A stretch of DNA of 61,360 bases from Octopus bimaculoides (Eukaryota). The first letter of the stretch is position 1; each line of letters begins with the position of its first letter. Under the pieces are notes generated by a model, which saw only the letters and a program-made list of their open reading frames with translations, was not told where the DNA came from and did not search any database. The position numbers and the translations under genes are program-made. Shown here one piece after another: positions 11,341 to 22,791 of this stretch. The stretch lies in assembly GCF_001194135.2 (NCBI RefSeq), contig NC_068991.1, positions 54,959,290-55,020,649 on the forward strand. Reading direction: 5' to 3'.

Positions 11341-14300
11341 CACCTGATCACTCTCTCCCTTACTACACTCTTGCTGCTTTCTCTTTCCTTTTTCCCATCC
11401 TCATACATTTTCTGCAGTTATCTTCTGCCCTGCCCTTTCAATTAATCATGTTGCCCTGAATAGAGATAAAAAACAGTGGTGCATACCATGCAACATCACT
11501 AGTGTTGGTGCCACGATTAACACTCTATAAAGTGGTTGGTGCCTGAACAGAGGCAGCATAGGGTTGAGTGGAGCATTTACTCCTGTTTAGTCAAAAAAAA
11601 AAAAAAAAAGAGGACAACTTCTCAATTATTTATGCCATGGGACTCTGCATTTGGTACACTGTAAAATGGTTGTTGGTAGGAAAGCATCCAACCATAGGAA
11701 TTGTGCCAACATAAAACATATGAATGAGACACAGTCCCCTGGGCCTTGTCTTGACTTAGCTGCCCTACACATGCCATTATGGAAAGTAGAAGCAAAATAA
11801 ACATACATATGCATGTGCACATAGACACACATCTTGTGACTCTGGAATTAGCAGGCAGAAATTGTATGAAAACTTGTTGTGTGTGTGTGTGTGTGTGTGC
11901 ATGCACATGTGCATACGTGTATAGATATATATATACTTGTGTGTAAAATTTTTGGATTTTTTTGCTTCACATTGAGCAAAAGATGGGGATGTTTACTGAC
12001 TTGCTAGCCCTGCACTTTTGAAGACGTATTAAATAAAAAGTCCCTTGCTTAAAAACCAGCTAAGGATTAGCAACAGGAAAGGTGTCCAGATGTGAAGAAA
12101 AATATGTATCAATTGATATGTATTTTTCCAACCTATGCTTGTCTTGGAAAAAAAAACAAAAAAAAAAAAAACAAAGGAATAAAACAGACATTAAACAAAT
12201 GAACAATGTGTGTATTATGGTAATAACCTATGCTTGAAATATAGTTTCTATTGCTAGTGAAAACCAAAACTATTATCAAAGTAGTATTTTTGATAATATA
12301 CTTTATGAACAGGTGCTCAGTGATGTAAGGAGAGTGTGTGTCACTTTTTGGTTTGTCCTCCACCCCAACCCTATACAGCAAACCCAAAATGTTGCCCCTA
12401 TATAAGTGTCACCTGGGGAGGGCTGCCACTCAACCTATGCTACTGAAGGTACCTTACATCTCTATATTATTCATAACTTTATACATGGCAATGTATAAGA
12501 CAACGGCGTTTATGTTTACCTAATTTACATAAAATTTGCTGTTATTTATAAATTCCAATGTAGTTATACATATTCTTAAACCATTATAGGTTATTTTTGT
12601 TTGATTGTCATTTTTCAATTTCTTCAATTTTTGTTCCAATTGATTTCATATTTAGTGTATTGGTGTAGTTTTGTATGGTAGTCATTTACATGAAATACAT
12701 TTTCGTCATAAATCGAAAAAGAGTTAGTAGCTTTTAGTCAATCAAAAGCCGCAGGCATATAGAATACCTGTTTTCATTGTAACAAGCCAAGCTGTTACCA
12801 AGCTGCTTACTCACGTAGTCATTTTTCGCTTATTAAATGCTTAAAATTCATGAGGTGAGCTAAAAATAATAGCTAATAGGCCTTAAATTACGCACCAATT
12901 TATTATTGGGGGGGGGGGGGATGCATCGTATGAATTTTCATGTGTAGAATACAAATTCGCAAAAGTTTTCTGAAAATACCCAAAAATAAAAGAAAGTTTT
13001 GAGGGTTATATAGCGTGCGTAACGCAGAATTCCGTCAATATTTCATTTGTTTACAGTTAACAACACGTACAATCACACAACATGACAACTTCCAAATCCT
13101 ATTTTCCGACAATAAAAATTATCAAACCGTTTTTAACAATTTTCATAGAAAAATTTAAACAGCTTGTACACGTTTTTATTAAAGCTTTGCTATACTTGGA
13201 TAATTTATATCTAATTTACTGATATTAATGATTAATAGGCGGAGGTAAAGAAAACGTACACCACCCATTTTCGGCCTAACAAAAATCCTAACCCTAACCC
13301 CCGTGTGCGTATTCTTTACTTTCGCCTAAATAATTAAGATTATTTACAATTTCAAGAAATTAATTTCTTTCGTAAACGAAGCCCCTCAGATTTTATGGAC
13401 AAGAGTTATTGGGAAGTTGTGATATTCATAAATATTCGATAAGATACAGCCTAGAATTGAAACTAGGCCGCACATTTTCCCACTGCTATGCTGGGCCAAA
13501 AAAAGAATTTCTCAAAATAAAAGCAATGCTGTATTATTTTGCCCCTTCTACTATTTTGAGCCTAAACATTCTTAAAAGCATTAAAACAAAGATTACATTA
13601 TGTTCATTTATTAAACTAAAATATTGTTCATTGCATTTTTGGTAACGTGTCTTTCGTTTAAAATATAATTATAAAACACAAGATAAATTAGATTATTCTT
13701 AAGTAGTTAGTTCTATAATACGTCGGATTATTAATATTATTGGCCATTTAGGAAATTATAACAGGACGGAATTTATACATTTTTGATGTTACTAAAACTT
13801 TTGATATTAACTAGCAAGAAACATGGCTTGCAACCATTTAGCTTTTAAAAGGAATAAATATTTACATACCGTTAAATCACGCTTACTGTCATATTCAAAT
13901 AAGAAGTAAAACCTGTTGAGTTTTGTTTTTACCTTGGTAAACACAAAATTTTAGAATATCAATGAATAATTGTAATTTTACCAAAGTTTTCTTGTTGGTA
14001 GATATCCTAGAATTCTATGAATATGAATATGTGAAGACTGTTCGCATATATCTCATATTTCAATTAATTAGTCGGTGAAACTTTCTTTTTATTTAATATA
14101 TCCACACCAAGAAGGTACAATACTGAAAGTTAACTAAAGTATCTGAGTTCAAAACTCAGTAGAGTTAAAATAGATATATTTTTTTATTTGTGATTCATAA
14201 TAAAATACCATTCTTCAATGTTTCGGTGTTTCCATGCTTTTTATTTTTTTTTAAATTGTAGAACTAATGGAATTGGTTTACTTTGTAGACTTTCAAAACG

Positions 14301-15666
14301 ATTTTCAGTGTATTTGCATTGAAAACTATTCATTCAGTCAAACGAAAGATCGTGATTCAGCACGTTTCTCCATCATCTAAAATCATTCTTTGTATGACCT
14401 AAATTTGCAATTCGAAACTCTTTCTACAATTTTAAATTTCTTTCTTGTCGATACAATAATGATGACATCAATAACCGAGGTTGTCATTTTAATGTTGATG
14501 CATTATTGTGTGCAACAAAAATGGTACATTTTCCACTTCCAGTAATCCGCTACGCCAACTTTAGGGTGCCTTGACATGAATATATTTCACATTTCTTCAA
14601 TACGAACTTTCGCAGGTAGAATCGAATATTTTTCTCGGTTTANNNNNNNNNNNNNNNNNNNNNNNNNNNNNNNNNNNNNNNNNNNNNNNNNNNNNNNNNN
14701 NNNNNNNNNNNNNNNNNNNNNNNNNNNNNNNNNNNNNNNNNNNNNNNNNNNNNNNNNNNNNNNNNNNNNNNNNNNNNNNNNNNNNNNNNNNNNNNNNNNN
14801 NNNNNNNNNNNNNNNNNNNNNNNNNNNNNNNNNNNNNNNNNNNNNNNNNNNNNNNNNNNNNNNNNNNNNNNNNNNNNNNNNNNNNNNNNNNNNNNNNNNN
14901 NNNNNNNNNNNNNNNNNNNNNNNNNNNNNNNNNNNNNNNNNNNNNNNNNNNNNNNNNNNNNNNNNNNNNNNNNNNNNNNNNNNNNNNNNNNNNNNNNNNN
15001 NNNNNNNNNNNNNNNNNNNNNNNNNNNNNNNNNNNNNNNNNNNNNNNNNNNNNNNNNNNNNNNNNNNNNNNNNNNNNNNNNNNNNNNNNNNNNNNNNNNN
15101 NNNNNNNNNNNNNNNNNNNNNNNNNNNNNNNNNNNNNNNNNNNNNNNNNNNNNNNNNNNNNNNNNNNNNNNNNNNNNNNNNNNNNNNNNNNNNNNNNNNN
15201 NNNNNNNNNNNNNNNNNNNNNNNNNNNNNNNNNNNNNNNNNNNNNNNNNNNNNNNNNNNNNNNNNNATATATATATATATATATATATATACTACTTTGG
15301 TTGAGTGAATATCTTGCTACTCTTGAGTTTTACTTGTAGGTTTACAAAACTTCGAGTAGCAAGCAACTGACCCGACCAAAATAAAATATATTATTAATCT
15401 GTACTATGGTACTGACTATTCTTAACACTTAACACTAAACGTATACATATTGTCTGATATACAGCAATGTTTATGTGTAGCCGAAAATTGTTGGCGAAAG
15501 TTACCTTTTCCACAATTAGAAATCTATTTGGTCTGAACCTTGACACCTTTCTGGCCTCATCGGTGTATAATTTGGAATGGAGGCTGTTTTGCTATGTGGT
15601 TTTAAGAATGTTTCTAGAATTATTACGGACAATTTCAGAACTACGGAACACCTAAGATACCGTCTC

Positions 15667-16244
15667 GGATCTTTTTTAAAACGGGGGCCACATTTTTCAT
15701 TAACGAAACACTTTGAAACTTGGAACACTGGTAGAATGTGTCATATAAAACATCTTTTTCTCTTAGTCTTCTTAAAAAAAAAAGAAATCCATAAATTATT
15801 CCATGTTAAAGTTGTCGTATTTCTGTAATTTCAACCAATCACTGACGTCCATTCAGCCGATATACATTAAGCGTCGACTACATAAACAAACGATTCTGAA
15901 ACAATTAACCCTAACCCTAACCCTAACCCTAACCCTAGGGTTAGGGTTAGAGTTAGGGTTAGGGTTAGGGTTAAAGCAAATTTAAAATGAAAAAAGCAAA
16001 TAAAACGAAGAATCGTTTGTTTATGTAGTCGGCACTTAATGTATATCGGCTGAATGGACGTCAGTCATTGGTTGAAATTATCGAAATAAGACAATTTTTT
16101 ACATGAAATAAATTCGAATACAAAAATATTTTCCTTTTCTATAACACAAAATAGATAAGTATACGAAGTTTGAAAGTCTTTCGGTACCAAAAACACTACG
16201 TAAAACATTAATGAAAAATGTGGCCCCCGTTTTAAAAAAGATCC
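15667..16244. mobile_element. Fold-back MITE with telomeric core, Merlin-like (or MULE-like)
   Basis: TIRs GGATCTTTTTTAAAACGGGGGCCACATTTTTCATTAA / reverse complement; perfect 8-bp TSD ACCGTCTC (15659-66, 16245-52); centre (CCCTAA)n-(TTAGGG)n. Confidence 0.85.
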
Positions 16245-19200
16245 ACCGTCTCAGTTGACGATTCTAAATGGGCCGACAAAATGTCAAAAATTAAGATAGC
16301 GATTTTTCAAACTCTTGCTGTGCTCATGTTGAAGGAGAGAAAACACAGGCAAGATATAACTATTATTCAAACATAAACCGCAGAATAGTGAGTTTATAAA
16401 TACGAATGCCTGGTATATTCACATTGTTTATTGTCCAATAAAGAACTTGTTTTCAATACATCAGCTTTCAAAGATCAGAAACAGCAATGTCAAATATTTT
16501 TGACATTGCATTATAAACACGGAACCATGAACTTAGTGGATTTGTTAACTTTATTTCTTGTGCTGGTCATACACTGAATGTAGTGGAAGTAAAAGCGGCA
16601 GAGTGTAACTCACATATCTGACTTTGTTAAATTATTTTGTTCCTTTTCCTCGGTTCCCACAAATCATAGGAATGTTCTGATGTCATACTTGGGATAGCTT
16701 TTAAATATTTTTTCCCTAAATGCTTACCTTTAAAAAATGCTTCTTTTTCCTTTGCAATTTTTTTGTAGGGTAGTAGACTAAATCCACCGTCCGTTTTAAG
16801 ATGACGTGGTTCTTGGGTGCCTAAAGTGGACCCCACTTTGTTGCAGCATTCTAACCTTGTCTCCGTTCTGCGAATACCTCCCACCCGCTTTGGCGGCCCT
16901 GTGAAGGATTATGCACGCTATTTTCTCTTCTCACAGAAAAAAAAAAAAAAAAGCCTTGTTTCAGCCACTGGAATGCAACTAGGCTGGGGCACCACCTTGA
17001 AGAGTTTTAATTGAATAAATCGATCCTAATATTTAAACGTTTTAAGTCTGGTCCTTATTCTATTGATCTCTTTTGCCAAACCGCTGGATTATGGGGACCT
17101 AAATTACTGGCACTAGTTGTCAAGCAGAGGTGAGGAACACACACACACATATAGAGACATACGACGGGTTTTCAGTCTCCGTTTGCCAAATTCACTCAAA
17201 GGCATTGTTGGTCCAGGTCTATAGTAAAAGGCATTTGCCCAAGGTGCGGCGCAGTGAGACTGAACCCAAAACCATGCGGTTTCAATGCGAGCCTCATAAT
17301 CCGAAGTTGACCAATAATTTTTGTCTTGATCTCCAACGCTTCACGAAGTCAAAAAAAGCAACTGGCACGGGAGTCTCACTCTCTCTTTCACATAAATTCA
17401 TTCTGACTTGTATATGCTCGTGGGGCTCATGATCAGAGGCTGGTGGTGGTGATCGCAGGTTAGCTGTTGAATACTGAGACGCTAGCAACACTTTAAGCAA
17501 GTTGAAATGTTCTTAATTTAATTTCCGTGTAAAGTTAACTCTGTTGCGTGGGATCTTGATAGAAAAATCCCCTCAGCTGCTTTCGATAAAGGGCTACTAG
17601 TTACCATTAGTAGAACTATTTGTAATACATGTTAGATATCACTGTGAATAGATACTACAAAATAGGTATTTGTAATTATTTTAATTGTTAATAAGGATTA
17701 ATACACATATTTAATTGCTACTGTTGTTGTTCTTGTTTAGCTCTGATCAAGCTAACTTATGAAAGGAATTCCAGCCACGACCATCCCATCTATTTTCAGA
17801 TTCATTATTCAATATGTCGGTTATCTATTTTTTTTTTTAGACGCTAAGGTGTAATTTGAAGTTAATGTGGCTGCTACTTCTAGCAATCGTGCGACAACGC
17901 AGTCTCACTTTTGAATCGTTTTCTAAGGGAGGACAGTGCATAGTGCAGAATCGTCACAGCGTCAGACAAAATTTCTTACGGTATTTCTTCCACCCCTTTA
18001 CATTCTGAGTTCAAATCTTAGCGAAGTCAAAATTACTGACCTTGTACCTAAATCAGAAATCATTTTATTTATTTGTTGCTGTTAGCGGTGGTGGTTCGCT
18101 CAAGTTGTCCTGACCGAAGAGACCTATGTTCAAACACCTTCCAGTTGTAACCATGCAGGTCTTAAATTTAGACACTGTATCTGGGACTATTTGTTAACTA
18201 GTGAAAATGAAAATAAATTGACCATAAGTGACGACATTAACACCCCATAATTTCATAAAAAGACCTTGTGAAATACTTAGAACTCCCAAACTATGTTGCG
18301 TCCGCATGCATCTACTTGCATAGTACGTTTTAATGATATGTCAAGTATTACAGAAATAACAGCCGAGATACACCATTTCAACGTACTATACCTAGCAACG
18401 AACACTACCACTTCGAAGGTAATTCTCAGTGGTGGTGTTCGTAATGAGAAGGTGGTTTGCATGTGGACGACGCATGATAGCCATCACAATTACGTGGGAA
18501 CAATGCACAGGAAGGACCGAGGAGATGTGGTGGCGTCGTTCCTGTCCATTCATTATAGATAGACTGTCTGCGTGAAATAATTGGATATCATTGTCGCCAC
18601 TTCCGATGAATGTACTTCCACTTTTTTTTAACCCCCTAAACTGCATTTTCACCGGATAATGATTAACCCATTATCCAATATTTTCACAAAAGAAAAAAAG
18701 AAAAAGGGTAGGGCATGAGTTGTGTGAACCGAAATGATACGAGAGAAAAGGTCACAAAAAGTCACAGGAAAAACTGTCGCTTTTTATTTAAATACCATAA
18801 GGACAAGCTTTCAAGTTTAGCACAAAACTTTTACTATTGTCAAATAAGATAATGTAACCGGATATAATAGAATCAAACACGTGTAAGCGATTTAAACTTA
18901 CATGTAAATCTCAACTATAAGAACATTTTGCTTCTGTTTTTCTTTTTAATTCTCTTTACTGTCTTTAAGTGTGAAGCTTTGATTTATATTCATCATTTAT
19001 TTATTTTCTACATTCGTTCTCCATGTGATTCATATACGTATGTGTCTCTGTGTGTAATGTTTTAATATCTGCTTAAAATATTTAAATGTTATATTTAGAC
19101 TTGGCAAGCTATTAAACTATGTATAACTTGGACATTTGTTAAAACATTACACAAGAAGGCCATGCTGATAAATTATTTTAAGGTCTTTACGGACTGCAAG

Positions 19201-20585
19201 ATACCAAGCTTAACTTAGTTCTAAATCTGGTATTAATAAATGACTAATATATTCCTCGTTACAAATTACCAATTATAATTGTTCATCTACAGTTTATTTC
19301 CCATGAGTGATTTTCTAGTGCTTTTTTTGTAATGCTGTTAAGAAGCTTGCTACCCAACCATGTCGCCCTGTAGTAGAACCGGTGTTTTCTGTAGTAGCAG
19401 GTGTTTTCTGTAGTAGAACCGGTGTAAAGAGTTGCGTGTACTGTAAAAATTTCAATCGGTCCCACCAAAGCTTTCTGAGTGGATTTGGTAGGCGAAGTCC
19501 ATCGTCCGTGCGTGTGTGTGAGAGTCGTCTAAGAGACCATAAGTCGGAGAAAAGATGCACTCGTGTGTCTTTCAGTAGAGTGGGTACATTATCCGAAATA
19601 TATAGTATTAAATATTCATCACGGCTGCTCTTACCAATTGGTTTCACGTAAAGAATACAATGGAGTATTAGGTAACAAACTGATTATATAACTTTATGCT
19701 CATCAGAGTTAGCCAATATGGAAGAGAATATATTCTTTACGCAAAACCGATTGATAAGATCAGCCGTGATGGATATTTAATACTACACATTTATATATAT
19801 CTATATATATATATATATATATGTATATAAATTTAAATAATAAGGGTGAAAAATTGAATATTAATTTGATTAATACCAATTTAAAAGCAGTGGCCTAGCA
19901 AATTGAAAAATTTGAAGATTCAGAAAAATTATATTACATACATATAAGAGGGATGACCACTATGTGGACATCCCTTTTGCTAGAAGAAGACCATCTACGG
20001 TCTGATTACTAAGAAGAGATTGTTTTCAAGAAAATTCAGCAAACACCAGAACGTAAACGAGCAAGTCAAATGAAAAGATACAAAATATAAAGAATTTAAT
20101 TTAAATATAAAGANNNNNNNNNNNNNNNNNNNNNNNNNNNNNNNNNNNNNNNNNNNNNNNNNNNNNNNNNNNNNNNNNNNNNNNNNNNNNNNNNNNNNNN
20201 NNNNNNNNNNNNNNNNNNNNNNNNNNNNNNNNNNNNNNNNNNNNNNNNNNNNNNNNNNNNNNNNNNNNNNNNNNNNNNNNNNNNNNNNNNNNNNNNNNNN
20301 NNNNNNNNNNNNNNNNNNNNNNNNNNNNNNNNNNNNNNNNNNNNNNNNNNNNNNNNNNNNNNNNNNNNNNNNNNNNNNNNNNNNNNNNNNNNNNNNNNNN
20401 NNNNNNNNNNNNNNNNNNNNNNNNNNNNNNNNNNNNNNNNNNNNNNNNNNNNNNNNNNNNNNNNNNNNNNNNNNNNNNNNNNNNNNNNNNNNNNNNNNNN
20501 NNNNNNNNNNNNNNNNNNNNNNNNNNNNNNNNNNNNNNNNNNNNNNNNNNNNNNNNNNNNNNNNNNNNNNNNNNNNNNNNNNNNN

Positions 20586-22235
20586 ATGGGTTGGACGATT
20601 TCACTGAGGACTGGCAAACCAGATGGCTACACCAGGCTCCAATCTGATCTGGCAGAGTTTCTACAGCTGGATGCCCTTCCTAACGCCAACCACTCCAAGA
20701 GTGTAGTGGGTGCTTTTATGTGCCACCGGTACAAGGGCCAGTCAGGCGGTACTGGCAACGGCCACGCTCAAATGGTGTTTTTTACATGCCACCTGCACAG
20801 GAGCCAGTTCAGCAGCACTGGCAATGACCTCGCTTGAATGTTTTTTCACGTGCCACCGGCATAACTGCCACTAAGGCGATGCTGGTAATGATCACACTCA
20901 AATGGTGCTTTTTACGTGCCATCAACACAGAAGCCAGACAGCTGCTCTGGCAATGATCACGCTTTGATGGTGTGTTAGCGCTCCACTGGCACAGGTGCCA
21001 GTCATTGAATTTGGTTCGATTTCGATTTCGATTTCACTTGCCTCAACAGGTCTTCTCAAGCAGAGTTTAGTGTCCAATGAAAGAAAGGTATGCATAAGTG
21101 GGCTGACTACACCCCTGGCAAAGGCCACGTGTTATGGTCTCACTTGGCTTGCCGAGTCTTCTCACACACAGCATATTTCCAAAGGTCTCGGTCACTAGTC
21201 ATTGCCTTGGTGAGACCTAATGTTCGAAGGTTGTGCTTCACCACCTCATCCCAGATCTTCCTAGGTCTACCTCTTCCACAGGTTCCCTCAATCGCTAGGG
21301 TGTGGCACTTTTTCACACAGCTATCCTCATCCATTCTCGCCACATGACCATACCAGTGCAATTGTCTCTCTTGCACACCACAACTGATGCTTCTTAGGTT
21401 CAACTTTTCTCTCAATGTACTTACACTGTTGAGTATGCACACTGACATTACACATCCATCGGAGNNNNNNNNNNNNNNNNNNNNNNNNNNNNNNNNNNNN
21501 NNNNNNNNNNNNNNNNNNNNNNNNNNNNNNNNNNNNNNNNNNNNNNNNNNNNNNNNNNNNNNNNNNNNNNNNNNNNNNNNNNNNNNNNNNNNNNNNNNNN
21601 NNNNNNNNNNNNNNNNNNNNNNNNNNNNNNNNNNNNNNNNNNNNNNNNNNNNNNNNNNNNNNNNNNNNNNNNNNNNNNNNNNNNNNNNNNNNNNNNNNNN
21701 NNNNNNNNNNNNNNNNNNNGCTTACGCATGTCCTCAGCAGTCACGGCCCATGTTTCACTGCCATGTAGCATGGCTGTTCGTACACATGCGTCATACAGTC
21801 TGCTTTTTACTCTGAGCGAGAGGCCTTTTGTCACCAGCAGAGGTAAGAGCTCTCTGAACTTTGCCCAGGCTATTCTTATTCTAGCAGCTACACTTTCAGC
21901 ACACCCTCTCCCGCTACTGACTTGGTCACCTAGGTAACGGAAGCTATCAACTACTTCTAGTTTTTCTCCCTGGAATGTGGCAGAAGTTGTTCTCTGCACA
22001 TTTTCAGTGTTTATTGCTCCTGAGCATCTGCCATATACAAAAACTGTCTTCCTAGTTAACCTGCCTTTGATATGGCTGCACCTCTTATGTGTCCATAGCT
22101 TACACTGGGTACATCTTATAGAGTTTCTACTTACACCTTTTCTACAGATCGAGCAGGGCCATCTACCAGAAGTGGTTTGTGGTTTGTCTGCCTTCCTACT
22201 TATTAGGACTTAGGTTTTAGCTAGGTTGACTCCAA
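20586..22235 (-). mobile_element. 5'-truncated RTE-clade LINE (3' part of the ORF plus 3'UTR), internal gap
   Basis: FRYLGDQVS...RIRIAWAKFRELLPLL and GRGRPRKIWDEVV; same family as 36240-39554. Confidence 0.92.
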
Positions 22236-22668
22236 GAATGAATGCTATTGTTGCTTTTACCCTGACGAAGAGTAAATACCCAAATTTCAGGCCATGTGCT
22301 TACAGTAGAAAGGATTATTATTATTATTATTATTATTAGTAGTAGTAGTAGTAGAAAAGCAATGGGCTGGCAGAATCGTTAGGGTATCAGGCTGAATGTT
22401 TAGTGGCATTTCTTCTGACTCCTGTTCTGAATTCAAATTCTCCTATGGTTAACTTTACCTTTCATCCTTTCAGGGTTGATAAAATAGAGTACCAGTCAAG
22501 TACTTTTCCAAAAATTAATGAATGAAACAAAATAATAAAAAGCAGTTAATTTGTAATATTTCTCATTATTTGAATATATAAATGCAAAAATTGGTGCTTG
22601 TTTTGGAATAAACAATATTTTCCAGGATTTCTCTGTTATTTTATTCTCATTCTTTTTAGGTCTAAATC

Positions 22669-22791
22669 ATGGCTTTTTCACAGAGTTCTCAAAGAAGTGC
22701 TGATGAGCCAATAGGGAATAAGTCTATCAAACACTTGGGTGGAATTAGCAAAGCTCTTGCGAAAAAACTTGCAGAAAAAGGATATATAAAG
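22669..22791 (+). CDS. BANF1-like: BAF-like coding exon 1
   Basis: tctttttag|gtctaaatcATG...AAG|gttttc; 123 nt, phase 0. Confidence 0.9.

Noticed and set aside
14576-15304. Long ORFs made mostly of X (also 20096, 21387, 48795, 51839, 56630)
   Set aside because: Artefacts of translating through N gaps.
15900-15975. Telomeric repeats as a chromosome end or fusion point
   Set aside because: They are short, internal to TIRs and bounded by a TSD, so they are transposon-borne.
18290-18660. Overlapping small ORFs in a CpG-rich patch
   Set aside because: No recognisable motif or splice context in any frame.
19366-19420. CRISPR-like repeats
   Set aside because: Eukaryotic context, no spacers; tandem units inside a SINE.
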